Source: an uncultured Chloroflexota bacterium (GTDB lineage: Bacteria; Chloroflexota; Chloroflexia; Thermomicrobiales; UBA6265). From it: a stretch of DNA of 64,000 bases. Each line of letters opens with the position of its first letter. Within the stretch, counting starts at the first letter, position 1. Shown piece by piece: positions 31,004 through 39,194 of the stretch. A program made the position numbers and the translations under genes. The DNA is taken from contig CALMZR010000216.1 in assembly GCA_937870845.1 (NCBI GenBank), positions 4,464 to 68,463 of the forward strand, given 5' to 3'. Below the pieces are notes generated by a model. It made no database searches. It saw only the letters and a list, made by a program, of their open reading frames with translations, and was not told where the DNA came from.

Positions 31004-34000
31004 TCACCGATAATTGTGCGATGCTGGGGTGATCTGGCGAACGTGGTCGAGCCCGGTTTGGGCGTCTTCGCTCTGATGCGCGGCGACGTCGATCGCTTCG
31101 ATGTCGTGCTGTTCCAACTGGTCTGGAATCTGGAACTGAGCGCGGGCCTCGGAGAGTGGCCAGAGCCGCTCGGCGACGAGGTTGATGGTGTTGTTGCGCT
31201 TTTGCAGCACTCCCTCCACGACCACGAATGGCTCGCCGCGCACGACGTGCCGCTGTTCGCTGTAGAGATCCGGAAACACGACGACGTTGAGCAGCCCGTG
31301 CTCGTCTTCCAGCAGGAGGAAGGTGATCCCCTTGGCCGTCCCCGGCCGCTGCCGGCAGACGATGAGTCCCGCCACCTGGATGCGGGCGCCGTCGGCGATG
31401 CGCGGGATGTCGGCCATGGAGCGGATCGCGCGCGGCAGGCGGGGCCGCAGCAGCCCGAGCGGGTGGTAGCGCGGGGAGAGCCCCATGATGGCGTAGTCGC
31501 TGGCCATCTGCTCCCAGGGGCCCATCGGGCGCAGCTCGACCATGTCCTGCTCGACCGGCAAGGGGATGGGAAGCTGGCGGCCGGCCTCCTTGCCGTTCTT
31601 GCCGCCGAAGGCGCGCGCCGGCAGGAAGAGCCCGAGCTGCCAGAGCGCCTCGCGGCGACCGAGTCCGAAGCCGTCGGCCACCCCGACGGCGACCAGGCTC
31701 TCCGCCGCCTCGATCCGGAGAGGAATCCGGCGCATCACGTCGGCGAGCGATTGAAACGGTCCCCCGGCTTCGCGCTCGGCGACGAGGCGGGTGGCGACCT
31801 CCTCACCGACCTCCGCGACGTATCCCAGCCCGATGCGCACCGCGTTGCCGGCGACGGTGCATTTCACGCCGCTCTCGTTGACGTCGGGGGAGAGGATGCG
31901 CACGTGATTGCGGCGGGCGTCGTTGGTCAGGACGTGGGGCGGGTAGAAGCCCATCGGCTGGTTGTTGAGCAGGGCGCAGATGAACTCGGCCGGGTAGTAG
32001 CGCTTCAGCCACGACGATTGATAGGCGAGGATGGCGAAGGCGGCGGCGTGGCTCTTGGGGAAGCCGTACTCGGCAAAGCCGCGCAGCTTGGCGAAGACCT
32101 TCTCGGCCGTCGCCTCGTCGACGCCGAGCCCGAGGGCGCCGGCCCTGAACTGGTCCCAGAGGCGCGCCATCGCTTCCTTAGACCGCTTGCGCGTCATGGC
32201 GCGACGCAGTTGGTCCGCTTGGCCGGCGCTGAACCCGGCCAGGGCCATGGATACGCCCAGCACCTGCTCCTGGTAGAGGACCACGCCAAGTGTTTCGCGC
32301 AGCACCGGCTCCAGCCGCGGGTGGTCGTAGACGATGGGCGGCGCGGCGCCACGCCGGCTCAGCTCGCGGTGCTTGACATAGGGGTTGACCGCGCCGCCGA
32401 TGATCGGGCCGGGGCGGACGATGGCGACCTGGACGATGAGGTCTTGCAGGGTGCGCGGTTGCGTGCGCAGCAGGGTCTGGATCTGGGCCCGGCTCTCGAT
32501 CTGGAACGTGCCGACCGTGTCTCCGGCGCAGATCATGTCGTAGACCTCCTGGTCGGTGAAGTCGATGCGGCTCAGATCGACCGGCGCCTTGCCGTTGGCG
32601 GGGATGAGGCGCAGCGCCTCTTCCACCAACGAGAGCATGCCCAGCGCCAGGAAGTCGATCTTGACGAACCCTGCGTCGTCGCACGAATCCTTGTCCCACT
32701 GGCACAGGTAGCGCCCTGCCATCGAGGCCGGCTGCACCGGGACCAGATCGACCAGCGGGGCGGAGGAGATGATCATGCCGCCGGAGTGCTGGGAGACGTG
32801 GCGCGGGAACCCGGCCAGCTCCTGCGACAGCTCGATCAGGTAGCGCCAGGGCGGCGCCTCCAGCCGCGCCGCGTACTCCGGGATGCGGGCCAGCTCCAGC
32901 CCGAGATCGCCGGCCTGGCGCGGCTCGCTCAGTTTCGAGATGCGGTCGAGATCGGCGATCGGGATGCCGAGCGCCTTGCCCACGTCGCGCAGAGCAGAGC
33001 GCAGGCGGTAGGTGGGGAAGGCGCAGACGAGGGCGGCGCGGTCGGGGCCGAACCGCTCGTAGACGCGCTCGATGAGCTTCTCGCGGATTTCGCGGGGGAA
33101 ATCGAGGTCGATGTCGGGGATGGAGCTCATCTCGTCGTTGATGAAGCGGCCGAGCATCAGGTCATAGGCGAGCGGGTCGACGTGGGAGAGGCCGATCAGG
33201 TAGCAGACGATGGAGCCGACCGACGAACCGCGCCCGCGCCCCGGCGGCAGCGTGGCGGCGTAGCTATCCTCCCCCCGAATCTCGACCGCTGCCTCCCGCG
33301 CCAGTTCCAGCAGATCGCGGTAGAGGAGGAAGAAGCCGGACAGCCCGTGCCGGGCGACGAGCTGCAGCTCCTCCTCCAGCCGCGCTTCCGCCCGCGGCCA
33401 GCCTTCCCGGTTATAGCGCCGCCGCAGCTCCTCGCGACATATCCCTGCGAGGACATCGTCGGGCGTCTGCTCCGGCGGCGTGGGGTAGCGGGGGAAGAGG
33501 TAGGCGAGGTCGCGCGTGAGGTCGAAGGACGCGCAACGCTCGGCGATCACAAGGGTGTTGCGAAAGGCTTCCGGGTAGGCGGCGAAGCAGGCAGCCATCT
33601 CTCGTGGGGAGCGCAGGGCGAACTCCGCGTTCGGCAACCGATCGCGGTGGCAGCCGTCCAGCGTCGTGCGATGGCGGATGGCGACTAGCACATCCTGCAG
33701 GCGATGCCGCTCCCGGCGGTGGTAATGCACGTTGCCGGTGGCGACCGTGCAGAGTCCAGCATCTGTTGCCAGACGAGAGAGAGCGGCAACGCGGCGCGCA
33801 TCGCCGAAGACCTGGTTGTGTTGCAGCTCGATGGCCACGTTCTCCGCGCCGAACCACTCGACGTAACGCTTGAGGAGAACACGGGCATCCACCCAGCGCT
33901 CTTCGTCGACCAGGCGAGAGAGGGCTCCGCGGCGGCAGCCGGTGAGCAGGATCACCCCCTGGGCGTGCTCGGCGAGCAACGCCGGGTCGAGCCGTGGTTG

Positions 34001-34492
34001 CCGGTGCTCGTCTCGCTTCCAGACCTCACGCGGCGGGGCGAAGGAGGACGCGTCGCCCTCCGCGGGCACGTTGGGGCCGGCATATGCGGCGGTGATGAGC
34101 CGGCTGAGGTTGGCGTAGCCCTTCGCCGTCTCGGCGAGCAGGGTGAGATGGGAGCCGTCGTCCAGCGTCAGCTCGGCGCCGGTGATCGGGGCGATGTCGG
34201 CTGCCCGCGCCGCCCGCGCGAACTCCATGGCTCCGTGCAACCCGTTGTGGTCGGTAATCGCTAGCGCCCGGTACCCCAGCTCGGCGGCCCGCCCCACCAG
34301 CTCCTCCGGCAACGACGCCCCATCGAGGAAGGAGAACGCGGTGTGCAGGTGAAGCTCGACGTACGGAGGGTGACTGGGTGACAGGGTGTCAAGATGTTGG
34401 GGTGAAGAGGCGGGAGACGAGAGGTGGGCGGAGGCAGCGAGGGCGGGAGGGACTTGTGGGATTCCGGATCGCTCCGGCTCGTGATCCATCAC
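31004..34492 (-). CDS. dnaE2: Error-prone DNA polymerase DnaE2 (ImuC), Pol III alpha family
   Basis: PHP domain YVELHLHTAFSFLDGAS...AITDHNGLHGAMEF and a Pol III alpha core. It lies downstream of imuB behind a LexA box. Start is GTG 34492 or ATG 34489. Confidence 0.9.
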   Translation of the reverse strand: MMDHEPERSGIPQVPPALAASAHLSSPASSPQHLDTLSPSHPPYVELHLHTAFSFLDGASLPEELVGRAAELGYRALAITDHNGLHGAMEFARAARAADIAPITGAELTLDDGSHLTLLAETAKGYANLSRLITAAYAGPNVPAEGDASSFAPPREVWKRDEHRQPRLDPALLAEHAQGVILLTGCRRGALSRLVDEERWVDARVLLKRYVEWFGAENVAIELQHNQVFGDARRVAALSRLATDAGLCTVATGNVHYHRRERHRLQDVLVAIRHRTTLDGCHRDRLPNAEFALRSPREMAACFAAYPEAFRNTLVIAERCASFDLTRDLAYLFPRYPTPPEQTPDDVLAGICREELRRRYNREGWPRAEARLEEELQLVARHGLSGFFLLYRDLLELAREAAVEIRGEDSYAATLPPGRGRGSSVGSIVCYLIGLSHVDPLAYDLMLGRFINDEMSSIPDIDLDFPREIREKLIERVYERFGPDRAALVCAFPTYRLRSALRDVGKALGIPIADLDRISKLSEPRQAGDLGLELARIPEYAARLEAPPWRYLIELSQELAGFPRHVSQHSGGMIISSAPLVDLVPVQPASMAGRYLCQWDKDSCDDAGFVKIDFLALGMLSLVEEALRLIPANGKAPVDLSRIDFTDQEVYDMICAGDTVGTFQIESRAQIQTLLRTQPRTLQDLIVQVAIVRPGPIIGGAVNPYVKHRELSRRGAAPPIVYDHPRLEPVLRETLGVVLYQEQVLGVSMALAGFSAGQADQLRRAMTRKRSKEAMARLWDQFRAGALGLGVDEATAEKVFAKLRGFAEYGFPKSHAAAFAILAYQSSWLKRYYPAEFICALLNNQPMGFYPPHVLTNDARRNHVRILSPDVNESGVKCTVAGNAVRIGLGYVAEVGEEVATRLVAEREAGGPFQSLADVMRRIPLRIEAAESLVAVGVADGFGLGRREALWQLGLFLPARAFGGKNGKEAGRQLPIPLPVEQDMVELRPMGPWEQMASDYAIMGLSPRYHPLGLLRPRLPRAIRSMADIPRIADGARIQVAGLIVCRQRPGTAKGITFLLLEDEHGLLNVVVFPDLYSEQRHVVRGEPFVVVEGVLQKRNNTINLVAERLWPLSEARAQFQIPDQLEQHDIEAIDVAAHQSEDAQTGLDHVRQITPASHNYR

Positions 34493-34529
34493 CCTGTCAC
34501 CCTGTCACCCTAACACCCCGACACCCCTC
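34490..34529 (-). repeat. Five tandem 8-nt units (sense strand GGGGTGTC GGGGTGTT AGGGTGAC AGGGTGAC AGGGTG...), a G-quadruplex-type motif filling the spacer before dnaE2
   Basis: The plus strand reads CACCCTGT CACCCTGT CACCCTAA CACCCCGA CACCCC. The sense strand therefore has five G3-4 runs with 4-5 nt loops. Confidence 0.7.
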
Positions 34530-34815
34530 AATACGCCTGCTCGAACCAGCGATCCGCCATGAGGTCGTGGAAAAGCGTGCGCAGCGCGCCGGAGGGGAGG
34601 AGGACTTGAACATACCGACGGCGGATCGGCTCACGCCACCACTCGTCGTCGACGCGCCATTCATCCTGGACGCGCGCGATCGGATGGGAGCCACGGCGGT
34701 CGCGCAGGGCGATCGGCAGGCCGCTGCGCGCATCGAGCGTGACCTGGAGGGGGCGCGGCTGGTTCAGGGGTCGTACGCGATCAGGGCCTGTCTCCGTTCC
34801 GGCAGGCGCGACCAT
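34528..34815 (-). CDS. Hypothetical 95-aa W/R-rich protein between imuB and dnaE2 (possible detached ImuB C-terminal module)
   Basis: ATG 34815 is preceded by GGAGG with a 7-nt spacing. The ORF overlaps the imuB 3' end by 52 nt in the -1 frame. Its sequence ...VQDEWRVDDEWWREPIRRRYVQVLLPSGALRTLFHDLMADRWFEQAY looks like a real domain. Confidence 0.55.
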   Translation of the reverse strand: MVAPAGTETGPDRVRPLNQPRPLQVTLDARSGLPIALRDRRGSHPIARVQDEWRVDDEWWREPIRRRYVQVLLPSGALRTLFHDLMADRWFEQAY

Positions 34816-35957
34816 GGCTCAACCTCCGCGACGCGATAGAGACCGGATGCGCCGAACCGCTGCTTGAGCTGGCGGCTGGCCTCGGTCAGGCGCCAGGGGC
34901 GGCGGGAGTGGAAGCCGGGCAGCAGCTCCTGGCGGCTGGTGGCGTCGATCAGCCCGGAGAGCTCCAGGGTGAGGGCCTCGACCGGCCCCGGCAGGGTCAG
35001 CGCCTGCACGCGGTAGCCCAGCGCCTCGATGAGGCGCTTCTGGCCGCCGGGTTCGCGCAGAGTGGCGACCTGCTCCCATGATTGCCCCCCTTCCAGCGAC
35101 GCGCGCAGGCGCGCCTGTCGCACGTGGCGGTTGCCGAGCGCGGCCCGGTCAAAGGCGCGCAGCACCAGCCGGGTGATGGCGATGAGCAGCGTTTCCCGGC
35201 TGACGGCGGGCGCGGGCAGCGTCAGCGATTCGCTGACCGTCTCCGGTTGCGGCCGGGGCTGGACGCTCGACGGGTCGTTGCCACGGGCCAGCTCCCAGGC
35301 GCGCCGACCCTCCGCCCCGAACCGGGCCTGCACCGCTGCCGGGGGGAGCGCAGCGAGGTCGCCCAAGGTGCGCAACCCCAGCCGCTCCAGACGGCGCTGC
35401 TTGTCGGCAGGTAGCGGCAGCAGGGAGACCGGCGCCGCGGCGAGGAACGTCCGCTCCGCGCCGCAGGGGACATCCTGGACGGTCCCCGGCGCGGCGCGAT
35501 GGGCGGCGACCCGCGCCGTGAACGGGTTGGCGGCGACGCCGGCCCGTGGGCGCAGGATGGCCGGCACGGTCGCCAGCAAGCGCTCGGCAGCGACGTGCGG
35601 GGGACCGAGCCGGCGCTCCAGCCCGGTCAGGTCGATGGTGTAGCACCCCGGCAGCGCCGGGTCGATGGCGACCGCCGGGCTGAGTTCTTCCAATCCCGCG
35701 ACGATGCGCTCGGCGGCCGCGTTCTCGCGCACCGGATGAGGCGTCAGCACGATCGCCTCCGGGCAGAGGGCGACGGCCTCGCGCACCCCGAGACCGGACC
35801 GCACCCCATGCCCGGCCGCTTCCGGGGTCGCGTCGAGGACAATGGGGCGGCCGCCCTGCGCCGGACCCAGCACCAGCGGCGCGCCGTCCAGCTCCGGGCG
35901 TTCCAGCAGCGCCACGCGCAAGGCAAAATGGGGAATGACGAGACAGGCGATGGGCAC
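34764..35957 (-). CDS. imuB: ImuB, catalytically inactive Y-family polymerase-like protein
   Basis: GTG 35957 is preceded by GGAGGAGGG. The N-terminus (M)PIACLVIPHFALRVALLERPEL... has a Y-family fold but lacks the DxD catalytic acids. It lies directly upstream of dnaE2. Confidence 0.85.
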   Translation of the reverse strand: MPIACLVIPHFALRVALLERPELDGAPLVLGPAQGGRPIVLDATPEAAGHGVRSGLGVREAVALCPEAIVLTPHPVRENAAAERIVAGLEELSPAVAIDPALPGCYTIDLTGLERRLGPPHVAAERLLATVPAILRPRAGVAANPFTARVAAHRAAPGTVQDVPCGAERTFLAAAPVSLLPLPADKQRRLERLGLRTLGDLAALPPAAVQARFGAEGRRAWELARGNDPSSVQPRPQPETVSESLTLPAPAVSRETLLIAITRLVLRAFDRAALGNRHVRQARLRASLEGGQSWEQVATLREPGGQKRLIEALGYRVQALTLPGPVEALTLELSGLIDATSRQELLPGFHSRRPWRLTEASRQLKQRFGASGLYRVAEVEPWSRLPERRQALIAYDP

Positions 35958-36009
35958 GGTCCCTCCTCCGTGGGTCGAATCGCCGCGGGCGCGGGGAGCC
36001 CTTGCCCGG

Positions 36010-36038
36010 ATAATAGAACATATGTTCTCATTGCGCAA
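36010..36038 (-). promoter_or_regulatory. imuB-dnaE2 promoter
   Basis: The minus strand reads TTGCGC (36038-36033), a 17-nt spacer, then TATTAT (36015-36010). This is 53 nt upstream of the imuB GTG. Confidence 0.55.
36015..36028. promoter_or_regulatory. LexA (SOS) box AGAACATATGTTCT
   Basis: A perfect 14-bp palindrome of the GAAC-N4-GTTC class, lying between the -35 and -10 of the imuB promoter. Confidence 0.7.
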
Positions 36039-36059
36039 GAGTGGACCGCAAGGGCGTCG

Positions 36060-36068
36060 TGCTAGAAT
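36060..36068 (+). promoter_or_regulatory. Extended -10 element TGCTAGAAT (candidate ftsK promoter)
   Basis: A TGn+TAGAAT motif 84 nt upstream of the ftsK ATG. The same motif type recurs at other gene starts in this window. Confidence 0.35.
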
Positions 36069-36151
36069 CGTACAGAGTGAACGGACACCCTGATCGGTCA
36101 CGAGTTGAGCGTGGCCCATCTGGATGCGTCTCTCAGGGGCACAAATTGGCC

Positions 36152-38446
36152 ATGGCCACGACCACCCGAACGCGCGCGATGTCATCGTCCCACCGCGCCG
36201 CGCGGACCAACCGCGCATCCATGCGGCAGCGTGCGGCCCATTGGCGCGCCTCGATGCAGGCCTCCCTTCCCGAGTTCGCCGGCACGCCGCGCTTTCGCCG
36301 CGAGCTGCTCGGTGTCATCCTCATCCTGATGGCCCTCCTCAGCGCCTACGTCATCGGCCGCGGCGGTGACGAGGGGCGCCTCGTCTCGTGGTGGGGCCAC
36401 TCCCTCGACCGCTCGCTCGGCAACGCCGCATTTCTGGTTCCGGTGCTGCTCGGTCTCGCCGCATTGCGAGCCTTCGGCGGGCAAACGGGCCGGGTGCTGG
36501 AAGCGCGGCACTTCCTGGGAGGATTCGCCTTCGCTATCGCCGTCACCGGGTTGCTGCACCTTGGAGCCAGACCCGTCGGCACGCCGGCGGGTGGCGCGCT
36601 TGGCGCATCCGTCGCCGGCTTGGCCCTACGCTTCCTCGGCCAGTTCGGAGCTGGACTGGCGCTCTTCGCTGTGGGCGTGCTCGCCATCTTCCTCCTCGCC
36701 GGCAGCGACCTGCAGACCTTTGCCAACGACGTGCGGGCGCTTTGCCACGCCATCTGGGGCGCCATCGCCGCCCTGATCGCCGCCGCCGCCGGACTGGAAA
36801 GGCGGCTTCGCCGATTTGGGGCCGCATTTCGGGCAACCCCCGAACTCGAAGACCCCGTCGCCGCCGCCCACGTGGAGTCCCCCTCCGCCCCCCGCCAGCG
36901 ATCGTCCAAACCCCTCCTTCCGCCGGACAACGCCCCGCCGGCCCCGCCCGTCATCAACGTTCCCGCGCGCAAGGAACAACCGGCGCGCGCGGACGCCCAC
37001 CACCAAACCAACCCCCTCCACACACCGCTGGCTCCCACGGGCCCGCTGCCGCTCCCCGACGTCTCCCGTCTGGCGTACTACGACGACGTCGCCCCGGACA
37101 CGGCGAGCCTTCACGCCAAAGCGACGCTGATCGAAGAGACGCTGTCCAGCTTCAAGGTCGAGGCCAAGGTGCGCGAGATCAATCCCGGCCCCGCGGTGAC
37201 GCAGTTCGCCCTGGAGCCGGGCAACGGGGTCAAGGTCCGCCGCATCACCGAGCTGCAAAGCGACCTGGCCCTCGCCCTGGCCGCGCCGAGCATCCGCATC
37301 GAGGCCCCCATCCCCGGCTACGCCCGCGTCGGCCTGGAGATCCCCAACGCCCAGATCGCCACGGTCGGTCTGCGCGAGACGCTCGAATCGTCGACGTTCA
37401 CCAAGGGCAAGCACAAGCTGCCGATCCCGCTCGGGCGCGACGTCAATGGCCGCTACGTCGTCGGCGATCTGACGCGCATGCCGCACCTGCTCATCGCTGG
37501 CGCGACGGGTTCGGGCAAGAGCGTCTGCCTCAACGGCATCATTTCGACCTTCATCGCCACCCGATCGCCGGATGAGCTCAGGCTGCTGATGATCGACCCC
37601 AAGATGGTGGAGTTGACTGGCTACAATGGCGTACCGCACCTGCAAACCCCGGTCGTCACCGAGATGGACAAGGTCGTCGGCGCGTTGCGCCTGACCCTGC
37701 GCGAGATGGAGCGCCGCTACACGCTCTTCTCCAAGCTCGGCGTGCGCAACCTCGACGGCTACCGCATGAAAGTGGCGGACGAAGCCGGGGCGGAGGCGCT
37801 GCCGTACCTCGTCGTCATCATCGACGAGCTGGCCGATCTGATGATGACCGCCCCCGACGAGGTCGAAACGCTGCTGGTTCGCCTGGCCCAGATGGCGCGG
37901 GCCACCGGCATCCACCTCATCATCGCCACCCAGCGCCCGTCGGTCGATGTCCTCACCGGGCTGATCAAGGCCAACGTGCCGTCGCGCATCGCCTTCGCGG
38001 TCTCCTCGTTGACCGACAGCCGCGTCATCCTCGACATGCCCGGCGCCGAGCGCCTGCTCGGCCGCGGCGACATGCTCTTCCTCCCACCCGACGCCGCCAA
38101 GCCGCAGCGCATTCAGGGCGCGTTCATCGAGGACCAGGATGTCCACTACATCGTCCAGCATTGGTATCAAGTGGCGCCCGTGCCTCGCTACGCGCCGGAA
38201 TGGCTCGATCTCCCCGCCGCCGGAGGCAACGGCGACGACGATCTCGACGGCGAGGAAGACCCGCTGTTCGAGCAGGCGATCTCGATCGTCCGTCAACAAG
38301 GAACGGCTTCCGCCTCGATGCTGCAACGGCGGCTCCGCGTCGGCTACAACCGCGCCGCGCGCCTGATCGAACACATGGAAGTCGACGGGATCATTGGCCC
38401 GGCCGACGGCATCCGCGGCCGCCCGGTGTTAGGAGGCGAGGAGTAG
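36152..38446 (+). CDS. ftsK: DNA translocase FtsK/SpoIIIE
   Basis: N-terminal TM segments, a Pro-rich linker, the motor domain ...LLIAGATGSGKSVCLNGII... (Walker A) and ...LVVIIDELADLMM... (Walker B), and a C-terminal gamma wHTH ...ASASMLQRRLRVGYNRAARLIEHME... Confidence 0.93.
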   Translation: MATTTRTRAMSSSHRAARTNRASMRQRAAHWRASMQASLPEFAGTPRFRRELLGVILILMALLSAYVIGRGGDEGRLVSWWGHSLDRSLGNAAFLVPVLLGLAALRAFGGQTGRVLEARHFLGGFAFAIAVTGLLHLGARPVGTPAGGALGASVAGLALRFLGQFGAGLALFAVGVLAIFLLAGSDLQTFANDVRALCHAIWGAIAALIAAAAGLERRLRRFGAAFRATPELEDPVAAAHVESPSAPRQRSSKPLLPPDNAPPAPPVINVPARKEQPARADAHHQTNPLHTPLAPTGPLPLPDVSRLAYYDDVAPDTASLHAKATLIEETLSSFKVEAKVREINPGPAVTQFALEPGNGVKVRRITELQSDLALALAAPSIRIEAPIPGYARVGLEIPNAQIATVGLRETLESSTFTKGKHKLPIPLGRDVNGRYVVGDLTRMPHLLIAGATGSGKSVCLNGIISTFIATRSPDELRLLMIDPKMVELTGYNGVPHLQTPVVTEMDKVVGALRLTLREMERRYTLFSKLGVRNLDGYRMKVADEAGAEALPYLVVIIDELADLMMTAPDEVETLLVRLAQMARATGIHLIIATQRPSVDVLTGLIKANVPSRIAFAVSSLTDSRVILDMPGAERLLGRGDMLFLPPDAAKPQRIQGAFIEDQDVHYIVQHWYQVAPVPRYAPEWLDLPAAGGNGDDDLDGEEDPLFEQAISIVRQQGTASASMLQRRLRVGYNRAARLIEHMEVDGIIGPADGIRGRPVLGGEE

Positions 38447-38474
38447 CTCGGTCAGTGGCTTGCAGCGAGCGCCG

Positions 38475-38483
38475 TGCTAGACT
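38475..38483 (+). promoter_or_regulatory. Extended -10 element TGCTAGACT (candidate recR promoter)
   Basis: A TGn+TAGACT motif 49 nt upstream of the recR ATG. Confidence 0.35.
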
Positions 38484-38531
38484 CGCGGCGCGCGACTCGC
38501 GCGAGAACCGCTTCCGAAAGGCGTTAACCGC

Positions 38532-39143
38532 ATGTCTCACGGCCACGGGCCTGCGACGGCCCAGCCGGTTGCCCGTCTCATCAACGAACTTGCCCGGCTG
38601 CCTGGAATTGGTCCCAAGACTGCGTCGCGTCTGGCGTATCACCTGCTGCGCGCGCCCCGGGACGAAGCGGTTTCATTGGCCGAGTCGATCCTTGACGTCA
38701 AAGAGCGCGTCCGACTCTGCTCCGTCTGCTTCAATACTACCGAAGCCGACCCGTGCAACATCTGCACCGATCCCGGACGCGACGCCGCCATCTGCGTCGT
38801 GGAAGAACCCCTTGATGTCGTCGCTCTGGAGCGCACCGGCCAGTTCAAGGGCCGCTACCACGTCTTGCACGGGGCCGTCTCACCAGTGGAGGGAATCGGT
38901 CCGGATCGCCTCAAGATTCGGGAGCTCATCGGCCGCGTCGAGCGCGAAAACCCGCAGGAGGTGATCATCGCCACCAACCTCGATCTCCCTGGCGAGGCGA
39001 CCGCGACCTACCTCCACCGGCTTCTGGCGCCGCTCGGGGTCACCGTGTCGCGGCCGGCCAGCGGGCTCCCGGCGGGCGGGGATCTGGAATATGCGGACGA
39101 AGTCACGCTTGGGCGGGCGCTGACAGGCCGCCGCATCTTGTAA
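38532..39143 (+). CDS. recR: Recombination protein RecR
   Basis: ...[24 protein letters not shown]... (HhH), a Cys4 finger [16 protein letters not shown], and a Toprim domain ...[10 protein letters not shown]...EVIIATN...GEATA... Confidence 0.95.
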   Translation: MSHGHGPATAQPVARLINELARLPGIGPKTASRLAYHLLRAPRDEAVSLAESILDVKERVRLCSVCFNTTEADPCNICTDPGRDAAICVVEEPLDVVALERTGQFKGRYHVLHGAVSPVEGIGPDRLKIRELIGRVERENPQEVIIATNLDLPGEATATYLHRLLAPLGVTVSRPASGLPAGGDLEYADEVTLGRALTGRRIL

Positions 39144-39176
39144 CGGTTCGGGCACAGCTTCGCGAAAGGACGCCGA

Positions 39177-39185
39177 TGGTACACT
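39177..39185 (+). promoter_or_regulatory. Extended -10 element TGGTACACT, 9 nt before ATG 39195 (near-leaderless transcript)
   Basis: The motif and spacing were read from the sequence. No SD lies between it and the ATG. Confidence 0.35.
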
Positions 39186-39194
39186 TTGCGGTGA

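Noticed and set aside
31016-33688. Very long antisense ORFs opposite real genes. Examples are 31016..33688 (+) opposite dnaE2, 36626..38374 (-) opposite ftsK, 24120..25619 (-) opposite pyrD/pyrE, 45627..47441 (+) opposite pnp, and 38880..40415 and 40220..41881 (-).
   Set aside because: Their translations are Arg/Ala/Gly/Asp-rich low-complexity strings with no family motifs. The opposite strand carries unmistakable conserved proteins in each case. This is the typical stop-codon-poor mirror-frame artefact of GC-rich DNA.
34490-34529. A CRISPR array or minisatellite.
   Set aside because: There are only five 8-nt units with no spacers and no cas genes. I report it as a short tandem repeat and G4 motif instead. 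No other repeat-spacer architecture was seen in the window.
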